From assembly GCA_046484845.1 (NCBI GenBank), contig JAWOIB010000015.1, positions 1 to 36,664 of the forward strand: DNA of 36,664 nucleotides, in the 5' to 3' direction. Below are positions 8,934-17,184 of the stretch, in pieces. Source of the DNA: a bacterium (GTDB lineage Bacteria; Hydrothermota; Tepidihabitantia; Tepidihabitantales; Tepidihabitantaceae). The notes under the pieces were generated by a model that had not been told where the DNA came from, made no database searches, and was given only the letters and a program-made list of their open reading frames with translations. Position 1 is the stretch's first letter. The number at the start of each line of letters is the position of its first letter. The translations under genes and the position numbers were made by a program.

Positions 8934-9728
8934 ATGACGGAAAGCCGGGTCGAAATCTCCGGTGAGCTGCTGGCCCGGCTCACCCGTTACGGCCGCGTTC
9001 ATCTTCGCGAGCAAGTCAGTTCGACCAACGACTACGCGTTTGCCCTCGCCGCGGAACAGGCCGGAGATGCCGCGTCGCCGGTGCCGGCGCTTGTCCTTGC
9101 CCGGCGCCAGACCGCGGCCCGGGGCCGGTTCCGACGGCGTTGGTACTCGGACGACGACAGCCTGACATTCTCACTCCTGTTGTTTCCCGGGGCCGAAGAC
9201 CCGCCGCTACCCACCGGTCAGCTCACCTTGCTGGCCGGTTTGGCGGTCTGCCGTGGAGTCGAGGAACTGACCGGCGCCCAGCCGCTCATCCGCTGGCCCA
9301 ACGACGTGATGCTCAGTGACCGGAAAGTGTGCGGTATTCTCTGCGAGCAGCGCAAGGAAGCACTCGTGGTCGGGGTCGGCATCAACGTCAACCAGGCCGC
9401 CTTCCCGGAGGAGGAGCCGGGACTGGCCGAGGCCGGCTCCATCCGGCAGGCAACCGACCGGGAATGGGAGAAGCTCGAACTGCTTGAAGCAGTCCTGCGC
9501 CGGTTCTTCGCTTGCCTTGAGCAGGTCAGAGCAGGAAACCTCCCGGCGCTGATCGAGGAGTTCAAGACCCGCTCGGCAGTCCTCCACCGCCGCGTCGAGG
9601 CCAAGACGATGTTCCGCCGCCATTACGGCACGGTGGTGGACATCGACGCCGAAGGCCAGCTGATCATCCGCCGCAGCAATGGTAGCATCGTCAAGGTGAA
9701 TTCCGGCCAGGTCCGGCGCCTCCGGTAG
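8934..9728 (+). CDS. birA: Biotin--[acetyl-CoA-carboxylase] ligase (no HTH domain)
   Basis: SSTND, QTAARGR..R.W, WPND, RKVCGILCE, GVGINV. Confidence 0.9.
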   Translation: MTESRVEISGELLARLTRYGRVHLREQVSSTNDYAFALAAEQAGDAASPVPALVLARRQTAARGRFRRRWYSDDDSLTFSLLLFPGAEDPPLPTGQLTLLAGLAVCRGVEELTGAQPLIRWPNDVMLSDRKVCGILCEQRKEALVVGVGINVNQAAFPEEEPGLAEAGSIRQATDREWEKLELLEAVLRRFFACLEQVRAGNLPALIEEFKTRSAVLHRRVEAKTMFRRHYGTVVDIDAEGQLIIRRSNGSIVKVNSGQVRRLR

Positions 9729-9735
9729 CTTCCCG

Positions 9736-10476
9736 GTGCCGGGAATCATCCTGCTCGTCGCTGGCAACACCAACTGCCGGCTGGCGCTCGCCAAAGGCAG
9801 CCTGGTGCTCGCGGTCCGAACCCTGAGCACCGGCCGTGCGCTCGCAGACCCGGCCGGCCTGCTGGCCGGGATCGAGGCCCGAGACGCCGCACTCGCCTCG
9901 GTCGTGCCCGGAGCGACCAGGCCGCTGGCCCGGGGCTTGTCCCGCCTGACCAACCGCGCCCCGCTGGTCATCAGCACCCGAACACTCACCAGCCTCCGCA
10001 TCCGCTACGAACGCAGCACGCTCGGCGCGGACCGGCTCTGCGTCGCCGAAGGCGCCCGCGCGCACTGGCCCGGAGACCTGGCTGTGGCTGATTTCGGCAC
10101 CGCGGTCACGCTCAATTTCGTGAGCGCAGCAGGTGTGTTCGAAGGCGGCCCGATAATGCCCGGGCCGGACCTGATGCTGACCGCACTCGGCCGGGGCACA
10201 GCTCGACTCCCGGTTGCCGGTCTCCGCTCGCCTTCTGGGCTGTTCCCACGCACCACGAGGTCTGCGCTTTCGGCCGGCGCGCTGGCCGCGGTTGCAGGGG
10301 GCGTCACCCACGCTGTCGAACAGGTATGCCGCCGCACCGGGCGGAACTGGCGGCTGGTCGGCACAGGCGGACGGGCACCGCTGATGTCCCGTCACCTGCC
10401 CCAGTTAACCGCCATCGACCCGCTGCTGGCCTGTCGTGGACTCCACCAGCTCTATCTCCGCAACCGTGGTGGCTGA
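9736..10476 (+). CDS. coaX: Type III pantothenate kinase
   Basis: GNTN, ASVVP, LGADR, DFGTAVT, GG.I.PG, TGG; follows birA. The first-motif Asp is replaced by Val. Confidence 0.85.
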   Translation: MPGIILLVAGNTNCRLALAKGSLVLAVRTLSTGRALADPAGLLAGIEARDAALASVVPGATRPLARGLSRLTNRAPLVISTRTLTSLRIRYERSTLGADRLCVAEGARAHWPGDLAVADFGTAVTLNFVSAAGVFEGGPIMPGPDLMLTALGRGTARLPVAGLRSPSGLFPRTTRSALSAGALAAVAGGVTHAVEQVCRRTGRNWRLVGTGGRAPLMSRHLPQLTAIDPLLACRGLHQLYLRNRGG

Positions 10477-11179
10477 GTTGGCCGGCTCGTTCGTCCTGGG
10501 CATCGAAACCTCCGGACCGCGCTCGGCGGTCGCGCTGACGCGGGAAGATCGACTGCTGATCGAAACCGCTCGACTCGGCACCAGCCACAACGAGGTACTG
10601 CTGGAGATGGTCGACGAACTGCTTGCCCGGACCGGCAGAAGCCTGGATGAGCTTTCTGCCATCGGGGTCACGGCCGGCCCCGGCATGTTCACTGCCCTCC
10701 GGGTCGGACTGGCCACTGCGGTCGGCCTCGCCTTGCCTCGGGGGCTGCCCGTCAAGTCCGTCGGCACGCTGACCGCCATCGCCGAAACCTGCAGCCCGGC
10801 CCGCCGGGTACTCACGCTGGTCGATGCCCGTCGCGGCCAGGTCTACTTCGGTTTCTACGACAACGGTCAGGCACTGATCGAACCGAGGCTGGCCGACCCC
10901 GCGGAGGTCGCGGCCGCACTGCCTGCACTTGTCGGTACCCCGGCTGTGATGGCCGGTTCCGGAGTGGAATCCTGTCGTGAGAGCTTCGCCGGCTTCGACG
11001 TGATCGATACTGGCATCCGCTCGCCATCGGCCCTCGCGGTCGCGGTTCTGGCTGGGCGGGAACTGGCCCGAACCGGCCCGGACAAGCCAGAAGCCGTCGT
11101 GCCCAGGTACTTGCGCCGGACCGACGCAGAACTCAACCGCGACGCAACCGTCGACTCCGACCGCCCGGCCGGAAGCTGA
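10469..11179 (+). CDS. tsaB: tRNA threonylcarbamoyladenosine biosynthesis protein TsaB
   Basis: LGIETS, GPGMFTALRVG, DARRGQVY, P.YLR. Start approximate (GTG 10466 or 10469). Confidence 0.9.
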   Translation: MAELAGSFVLGIETSGPRSAVALTREDRLLIETARLGTSHNEVLLEMVDELLARTGRSLDELSAIGVTAGPGMFTALRVGLATAVGLALPRGLPVKSVGTLTAIAETCSPARRVLTLVDARRGQVYFGFYDNGQALIEPRLADPAEVAAALPALVGTPAVMAGSGVESCRESFAGFDVIDTGIRSPSALAVAVLAGRELARTGPDKPEAVVPRYLRRTDAELNRDATVDSDRPAGS

Positions 11180-11215
11180 GCGGCCGGCCCGGGGCCGGCC
11201 GCCGGCACTCAATCC

Positions 11216-11310
11216 TGGCGGAGGCGTGTAGGAATCGAACCTACCGGCCCGCTTTTCGCAGGCCACACGGATTTGAAGTCCGCCAGGCACACCAGCACCC
11301 ATCCGCCTCC
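11216..11310 (-). tRNA. selC: tRNA-Sec (anticodon UCA)
   Basis: 95 nt with anticodon arm GCGGA-CTTCAAA-TCCGT, extended acceptor stem GGAGGCG/CGCCTCC, long D-stem with TGGT loop, long variable arm, GGTTCGATTCC T-arm and GCCA 3' end. Confidence 0.95.
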
Positions 11311-11319
11311 ATGAATCTC

Positions 11320-11383
11320 ATACTAGTCCGGCCGGCGGCCCTGTCAATCGGCGGCTTGACCGAGCAGGACCGCCCGGTAGGCT
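11320..11383. promoter_or_regulatory. Back-to-back promoters: selC (- strand, TTGACA-N16-TAGTAT) and xerC (+ strand, TTGACC-N16-TAGGCT)
   Basis: Minus strand: -35 at 11342-11347, -10 at 11320-11325. Plus strand: -35 at 11356-11361, -10 at 11378-11383, ATG 6 nt later. Confidence 0.65.
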
Positions 11384-11389
11384 CAGTTG

Positions 11390-12283
11390 ATGTCGGGCTA
11401 CGATACTGAACTGGCCGAGTACCTTACCACGCTTGAGCGGGAGCGCCACAGCTCACCGGCAACCATCCGGAGCTACCGCGTTGACCTCCGGCAGTTCTTC
11501 GACTTCCTCACGGATCGCCACGACGCGCCCCCGCTCGAACGAGTGACTCGCGAGCAGGCTCGGGACTGGCTCGGCGCCGTCCTCAGGGGCGGGTACGAAA
11601 GACGTAGCGCAGCCCGCAAGCTCTCCGCGGTCCGGGGGTTCTTCCGCCACCTCGTGATCGTCGGACGGCTGCCCGGCAACCCGGTCGCCGGCCTGCGCGC
11701 TCCCCGCGCCCGGAGGCAACTGCCCGGCTTCCTCAGCCAGTTTGAGGTTAGACAGGCACTCGAAGTCGAGGCATCGGATGAACGCACCGCTCGGGACCGT
11801 GCCATCGTTGAGACCCTCTACGGCTCCGGACTGCGCGCGGCTGAGTTGACCGGGCTCAACGTCAACTATGTTGATTTCGCCGGCGAGACGATCCGGGTAT
11901 TGGGCAAGGGACGGAAGGAACGCATCCTACCACTCGGTCGACACGAAGCCGAAGCCATCCGCAGCTATCTTGACCGGCGACGGAACCGGACAGCCGACGC
12001 GCTGTTCCTGAACCTGCAGGGAAAACGCCTCACAACCCGTTCGGTCCAGAACATCGTCCGCCGCCTACTCGGCCAGATCGCCGGCGCCGCCGCGACCAAC
12101 CCACACGCCCTGCGCCACGCGTTTGCGACTCACCTGCTCGAACGCGGCGCTGACCTCAAGGCGGTCCAGGAACTCCTCGGACATAGCACGCTCAGCACCA
12201 CCCAGGTCTACACCCATGTCTCGCTTGAACGCCTGCGCCGCACCTACGACCACGCTCACCCTCGCTCCGGGTCTAGCGACTGA
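11390..12283 (+). CDS. xerC: Tyrosine recombinase XerC
   Basis: SAM-like N-domain, LYGSGLRAAEL, GKGRKER, HALRHAFATHLL, VQELLGH, TQVYTH, HPR C-terminus. Confidence 0.88.
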   Translation: MSGYDTELAEYLTTLERERHSSPATIRSYRVDLRQFFDFLTDRHDAPPLERVTREQARDWLGAVLRGGYERRSAARKLSAVRGFFRHLVIVGRLPGNPVAGLRAPRARRQLPGFLSQFEVRQALEVEASDERTARDRAIVETLYGSGLRAAELTGLNVNYVDFAGETIRVLGKGRKERILPLGRHEAEAIRSYLDRRRNRTADALFLNLQGKRLTTRSVQNIVRRLLGQIAGAAATNPHALRHAFATHLLERGADLKAVQELLGHSTLSTTQVYTHVSLERLRRTYDHAHPRSGSSD

Positions 12284-12294
12284 CAAGAACCGAT

Positions 12295-12320
12295 GCGGGG
12301 CGCGGTCTCCCGCGCCCCGC
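12295..12320. terminator. GC hairpin between convergent xerC and M14 genes
   Basis: 11-bp stem GCGGGGCGCGG/CCGCGCCCCGC with 4-nt loop; no clear U-tract. Confidence 0.5.
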
Positions 12321-12336
12321 TGGTCAGGACCCCGGG

Positions 12337-14589
12337 TCAGCGCGCTCGCACGATCCGAACGGTATGTTGCGTGTCCGCGCTCAACCGGCAGTAGTACACC
12401 CCGGCCGGCAGGCGGCGCCCCACGTCGTCACGGCCGTCCCAGTGCAGGTCGTAGCTCCCGGCCGGCCGGACTCCGTCAGTCAACACTCGGACCTCACGGC
12501 CGGCCGCGTCGAACATCGCAACCCGCGCCGGCCCGGTGCTAGCAATGCCGTAACGGATTGCCGCTCTACCGCCTGACGGATTCGGCCCGACCAACGTAAG
12601 GCCGGTCGATACCGACTGCCGCACCGGGCCGGCCACCCCGGTTCCGGTAACCAGCACATCCTCGATCGGACCGTGGTTACTCCAGTGCCGGGTCGCGTTG
12701 TAGCCGCGCACGCGGTACCAATATCGCCCCGGCGTCCTGCCCGTGACCTGGTAGAGGGTATCGGTCACGTTGTCAGAGAGGACGCTGCGGCTGTCGAATA
12801 GCGGCACCGGGCAGACATCATCCACATACACCCCGTTACGCAGGGTGTTATCGTCGGTCATCGCCCGCAGGCGAATGTAGACCGAGCGACCGACCCAGCG
12901 TTCAAGGGGAAAGATCTTGCGTTGCCAGCCGGAGGAATTGCCGGTGTACCGGTCGTGCAGCTGGGACCACTCCAGCCCGTTCTCCGACACCTCGGCCACG
13001 AAGACATCGTAGTTGTTCTCCAAGTCATACCAGACCCAGAACGTCAGCGAGTCGCCGCTCCCGACCGGGTACGGGTCCCGGGTCACCATGTAGTTCGAGA
13101 TGTTGTTCGCGGAGCCGGAGTACAGCGAGTACGCACCGGAACGCCTCTGCGTCGTGCTCAGGCTGAACCCGCCCAGGTCCCAGAGTCCGGTCCCGGACTC
13201 GAAGTCGTCCTCGATCACCGACAGCCCGCTCAGCTCCTCGACCTCCCACTTGAGTGGTCGGTTGTACGCAGACCGGACCGGCCTCCAGTGCAGGATGAAC
13301 TCACCGGTCACGGAGCTGTCCAGCGGAGTCAGCACCGGCGGCGGGACCCTTCCCTCCAGTGCGTTGATGATCGAGTCCGCCCGGCTGAACAGGTAGAACG
13401 AGCCCTTGAAGCAGGCGGTCTGGATGGCCGGGAGCTGGCTCGTGTTCTGGTAGAAGGTCGTCCCGAGTTCGATCGTGTAGCTCATACACGGGAACCCGCC
13501 GACGTTGTGCGCCCAGCCGTACATCCAGTCCTTGGAAGACCCCGCGCTCGGGTACAGGTAATTGGCCTGCTGAGGCGTGTAGGTACCGCCCGAAAGCCGG
13601 GACATCTGCGCCGCCATACCCTGCCCCAGCGACGCGATCGTCTGATCGTAAGGCGCGACTCCGGAACTGAACGGCCAGATTACCAGTTCGCCGTAGGAGT
13701 GGAGCGTGACATCAGCCACGAACGTACGCTCCCGGAAGAACTGCTGCAAGGCATCCACGCACTCGGCCCAGTCCGAACGCGCTCCGAACCAGGTTTCGTG
13801 CCCGGGATAGTGAGTCGAACGCGAACCTCGAACCAGCGCGCCCCAGGCGTGCATCCGGGTCGTATCACAGCTACCATTGTAGTCGCGATTCGGGTCACAG
13901 CCAATCGCGCTGCCGAAGGGTTTGCGGTTGAGCCGCCACATCCGTTGCTGGGGGTAGTCGTAATCGTAACCGTCAACGTTGACGACCGGGATGATCCAGA
14001 GTTGGTGGTTGTCAACGAAATCGGTGATGGCCGGGTCACTGCCGTAGCTCGTCAGCAGGCTGTCGCCGAAATGCCGCGCCGCCTGCGGCGCCGCCCACTC
14101 GCGGGCGTGGTGCGTCGCCTCCATCAGGACTTCGGGCTCATCCTCCTCGAGATGGACATTGTCCGATATCTTGACCGCGTAAATCCAGCGGCCGAGGAAG
14201 GTCTGACCGATGGAGTCGAACCGGCAGATGGTCGGGTAGGTCGCGGCCCAGTTGCGCATTATCCGCACCAGCGAGTCGTAGTCGCAATAGTAACCGAAAC
14301 TCCAGGCATCAGCGGCCTGCGTGTCCAGGTCGTCGGTCACCACGCTCCAGGGCAGGCCGCTCGACCGCACGCGATCGAGGTCTTCACGTTCCAGCACCAG
14401 GTCGTAGCTCTCGCCCGGCACCGCGCCGGCGATGGTTACCGAACTGCCCTTGAACTCGATATGGTCGTAGAGTTCCTGGTAGTCGGCAGCCGCCACCCTC
14501 ACAAGTATGGGTCCGGCCACCGCACCGCCGACAGCAAGCAGAATCGCCGCGACCAGCGCCGGCAATCTGCCACAGCACAAGACCGTCAT
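12337..14589 (-). CDS. Secreted M14 zinc carboxypeptidase with carbohydrate-binding-like/FN3 region and FlgD-Ig CTD (paralogue A)
   Basis: HHAREW, DPNRDY, LHSY, YPSAGSSKDW, IELG; signal peptide; SD GGAGG before ATG 14589; WDGRD..GRRLPAGVYY CTD. Confidence 0.88.
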   Translation of the reverse strand: MTVLCCGRLPALVAAILLAVGGAVAGPILVRVAAADYQELYDHIEFKGSSVTIAGAVPGESYDLVLEREDLDRVRSSGLPWSVVTDDLDTQAADAWSFGYYCDYDSLVRIMRNWAATYPTICRFDSIGQTFLGRWIYAVKISDNVHLEEDEPEVLMEATHHAREWAAPQAARHFGDSLLTSYGSDPAITDFVDNHQLWIIPVVNVDGYDYDYPQQRMWRLNRKPFGSAIGCDPNRDYNGSCDTTRMHAWGALVRGSRSTHYPGHETWFGARSDWAECVDALQQFFRERTFVADVTLHSYGELVIWPFSSGVAPYDQTIASLGQGMAAQMSRLSGGTYTPQQANYLYPSAGSSKDWMYGWAHNVGGFPCMSYTIELGTTFYQNTSQLPAIQTACFKGSFYLFSRADSIINALEGRVPPPVLTPLDSSVTGEFILHWRPVRSAYNRPLKWEVEELSGLSVIEDDFESGTGLWDLGGFSLSTTQRRSGAYSLYSGSANNISNYMVTRDPYPVGSGDSLTFWVWYDLENNYDVFVAEVSENGLEWSQLHDRYTGNSSGWQRKIFPLERWVGRSVYIRLRAMTDDNTLRNGVYVDDVCPVPLFDSRSVLSDNVTDTLYQVTGRTPGRYWYRVRGYNATRHWSNHGPIEDVLVTGTGVAGPVRQSVSTGLTLVGPNPSGGRAAIRYGIASTGPARVAMFDAAGREVRVLTDGVRPAGSYDLHWDGRDDVGRRLPAGVYYCRLSADTQHTVRIVRAR

Positions 14590-14689
14590 CGTTCCTCCAT
14601 CTGCACGTCTTCCGACCACACCCACATTCGGTCTTCCGGTGTGAACCCCACACTCCTGCGTGCAAGGTCGGACCCGTCGGTCAAAGCGC

Positions 14690-14717
14690 GGCCGGGGCGG
14701 CCTCCCGCCCGCCCCGG
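14690..14717 (-). terminator. Hairpin downstream of M14 paralogue B
   Basis: GCCGGGGCGG/CCGCCCCGGC stem about 20 nt after the stop codon. Confidence 0.4.
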
Positions 14718-14736
14718 CACCAGCTTAGGCGAACGC

Positions 14737-16989
14737 TCAGTCCAACAGTACAACACGGACACTCGCCGTCTCGTCCGCATCCAGCCGGCAGAAGAAGACC
14801 CCGGTCGCCACTCTCCGGCCCGAGTCATCCCGACCGTCCCAGCGCACGGAATGGCGCCCCGGGCCGCTAATGCCTGACACGAGGGTACGCACCTTCCTGC
14901 CACTCGCGTCCATCACGACGAGGCTGGCGTTACCCGCCCTGGCCAGCGTGTAGTTGAGATCAACCGGGCCTGCCGACGGGTTGCGCCCCGCGGTCAGGCC
15001 GGTCCTGAGCCGCTCGACACCCGGTCTCTCCGCCACCCCGACCCCGGTGACGATGACTTCCTTGAGCGGGCCCTGGTTGTTCCAGCCCCAGGCCGCGTTG
15101 CGGCCCCGGCCCCGGAACCAGTAGGTTCCGACTTCAAGGTCGCTGACCTCGTACAACGTATCGGTGATGACATCGGACAACACCTGCCGCTCCGCGAATG
15201 CCGGCACCGGCCAGACATCGTCCACGTAGACCCCGGCGCCCAGCGTATTGTCGTCGGTCATATAGCGGAACCGGATGTAGACCGAACTGCCGACCCAGGG
15301 CGCGAGGGAGAAGGCACGGCGCACCCAGCCACTGGAGTTGCCGGTGTAGCGGTCGTGAAGCTGGAACCACTCCAGCCCGTCCTCGGACACCTCGGCCACC
15401 GTCACGTCGTAGTTGCTCTCGATGTTGTACCAGAGCCAGTAGCGCAGTGAGTCACCGGCTTGAACAGGGTACGGGTCGCTGGTCATCGCGTAGTTGGAGA
15501 CATTGTTGCCGGTACCCAGATATACCGAGTAGCTGCCCGAGCGCTTCTGGGTCGTCGAAAGCGAGGCGCCGCCGAGAGTCCAACGACCGGAACCGGATTC
15601 AAAGTTGTCCTCGATCACCGACAGCCCGTTGAGTTCCTCGATCTCCCAGCGTTCCGGCTCGTTGTAGTCTGGCCTGACCGGGGACCAGTGCAGAGTCACA
15701 TCGCCGGTCTCTGAAGAATCCGGCCCGAGGAGTCTGGGCGGCGGCACCCGGCCGCGCAACGCGTTCCGAATCGAATCCGCCCGCTGGAACAGGAAGTAGG
15801 CGCCCCGGAAGTTCGCGGTCTGGATGGCCGGGAGATGACTGGTGTTCTGGTAGAAGGTCGTACCCAGCTCAAACACGTAGGACATGCAGGGGAACCCGCC
15901 CGAGTAATGAGCCCAACCAAGCATCCAGTCGCATGACCCACCTGAAGTCGGGTAGAGCGTATTCGACTGACCCGGCGAGTAGGTCCCGCTGCCCAGCTTC
16001 GGCATCAAGGCCGCCATCCGCTGACCCAGACTGGCCAGCGTCGCATTGTAGGGCGCGGTCCGGCCGTCGCCGTACGGCCACAGTACCAGTTCGGAGTAGG
16101 AATGCAGCGTGATGTCGGCAACGAAGTTCCGGGTCTTGAAGAAATCGGCCAGCACGTTGACCTCGCTGGCCCACCGCCCGTGAGCGCCCATCCAGATGTC
16201 GCTGCCCGGCCGATGGTCGGAACGCGATCCGCGCACCAACGAACCCCAGTCGGCGATGGCATCGCCGTCACCCACCCCGTTGTAGCTTCGGTTCGGGTCA
16301 CTGCCGATGGACGAACCGAAAGGCTGACGGTTTCGGCGCCAAGAACGCTGGGCCGGGTAATCATAGAGGTAGCCGTCCACGTTGATTATCGGGAACACCC
16401 ACGTCTGGGTGTTGTCGATGTAGTCTCGGAAACCCTGGTTGGTCGCATAGTTGGTCAGCAGGGTGTCCACGAAATGCCTGGCCGCCTCTGGCGCCGCCCA
16501 TTCTCGAGCGTGATGCATCGACTCGAGCAGGACCTCGGGCCGGTTGTCATCGACCTGGACGTTACCACTGATCTTGACGCCATATATCCAGTTACCCTGG
16601 TGAGTCTGGCCGATGCTGTCGAGCCGGCAGATGTCCGGGTAGCTGGCGGCCCAGTTGCGCATCAACGCGACATGGTCGGCGTAGGAACGGTACTGGCCGT
16701 CCACGAACGCCTCATCTCGCCGCGTGTCGATATCATCAACGAGTACCTGCCAGCCGAGACCGCTGCCAGCGACGAGACCCATCTCGCTCCGGTCAACCAC
16801 GAGATCGTAGCTCTCACCGGGAACCGCCCCGGCGATCTCGACCGAACTGCCCTTGAACGGAATGTGGTCGTACAAATCCCAGTAGTCCCGGGCCTCGACC
16901 CGCACCATAGTCCTGCCCGCCGTGGCCACGCTCGCCGCGACGAACAACGCAAGCAGCAACGGTGCTGCTACACCGCGTTCCGGCTTCAC
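14737..16989 (-). CDS. Secreted M14 zinc carboxypeptidase, same architecture (paralogue B)
   Basis: HHAREW, DPNRSY, LHSY, YPTSGGSCDW, FELG; SD GGAGGT before GTG 16989; same length as paralogue A. Confidence 0.88.
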   Translation of the reverse strand: MKPERGVAAPLLLALFVAASVATAGRTMVRVEARDYWDLYDHIPFKGSSVEIAGAVPGESYDLVVDRSEMGLVAGSGLGWQVLVDDIDTRRDEAFVDGQYRSYADHVALMRNWAASYPDICRLDSIGQTHQGNWIYGVKISGNVQVDDNRPEVLLESMHHAREWAAPEAARHFVDTLLTNYATNQGFRDYIDNTQTWVFPIINVDGYLYDYPAQRSWRRNRQPFGSSIGSDPNRSYNGVGDGDAIADWGSLVRGSRSDHRPGSDIWMGAHGRWASEVNVLADFFKTRNFVADITLHSYSELVLWPYGDGRTAPYNATLASLGQRMAALMPKLGSGTYSPGQSNTLYPTSGGSCDWMLGWAHYSGGFPCMSYVFELGTTFYQNTSHLPAIQTANFRGAYFLFQRADSIRNALRGRVPPPRLLGPDSSETGDVTLHWSPVRPDYNEPERWEIEELNGLSVIEDNFESGSGRWTLGGASLSTTQKRSGSYSVYLGTGNNVSNYAMTSDPYPVQAGDSLRYWLWYNIESNYDVTVAEVSEDGLEWFQLHDRYTGNSSGWVRRAFSLAPWVGSSVYIRFRYMTDDNTLGAGVYVDDVWPVPAFAERQVLSDVITDTLYEVSDLEVGTYWFRGRGRNAAWGWNNQGPLKEVIVTGVGVAERPGVERLRTGLTAGRNPSAGPVDLNYTLARAGNASLVVMDASGRKVRTLVSGISGPGRHSVRWDGRDDSGRRVATGVFFCRLDADETASVRVVLLD

Positions 16990-17113
16990 TCTTACCTCCG
17001 TTTTGCGCGCCGGAGTCGGGCCCTGCGATTGCAGGGGTGAATACCGCTCACTATCCCGGCGACAGCGCAATTCGACGGTCTAAATACTCACCAGCCTCCT
17101 TACCCAGTATCTA

Positions 17114-17179
17114 ATTCTAACGCACGCGCTTCGGACGTCAATATCCCAGCTTGACGAGCCATCGCGCTCACGTTATAAC
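17114..17179. promoter_or_regulatory. Back-to-back promoters: M14 genes (- strand, TTGACG-N16-TAGAAT) and histidine kinase (+ strand, TTGACG-N17-TATAAC)
   Basis: CGTCAA at 17136-17141 and TTGACG at 17151-17156; -10 boxes at 17114-17119 and 17174-17179. Confidence 0.6.
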
Positions 17180-17184
17180 CGGGT

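Noticed and set aside
11216-12283. Integrase next to tRNA-Sec as a prophage or genomic-island boundary
   Set aside because: The protein has XerC-type size and motifs (HAFATHLL, C-terminal HPR) and lies at the tRNA 5' side. I saw no duplicate of the tRNA 3' end and no phage genes in the window.
12922-14877. 651-aa plus-strand ORF and other long antisense ORFs (e.g. 20367-21689, 28805-29974, 33784-35004)
   Set aside because: Shadow ORFs opposite well-supported high-GC genes, with no recognisable motifs.
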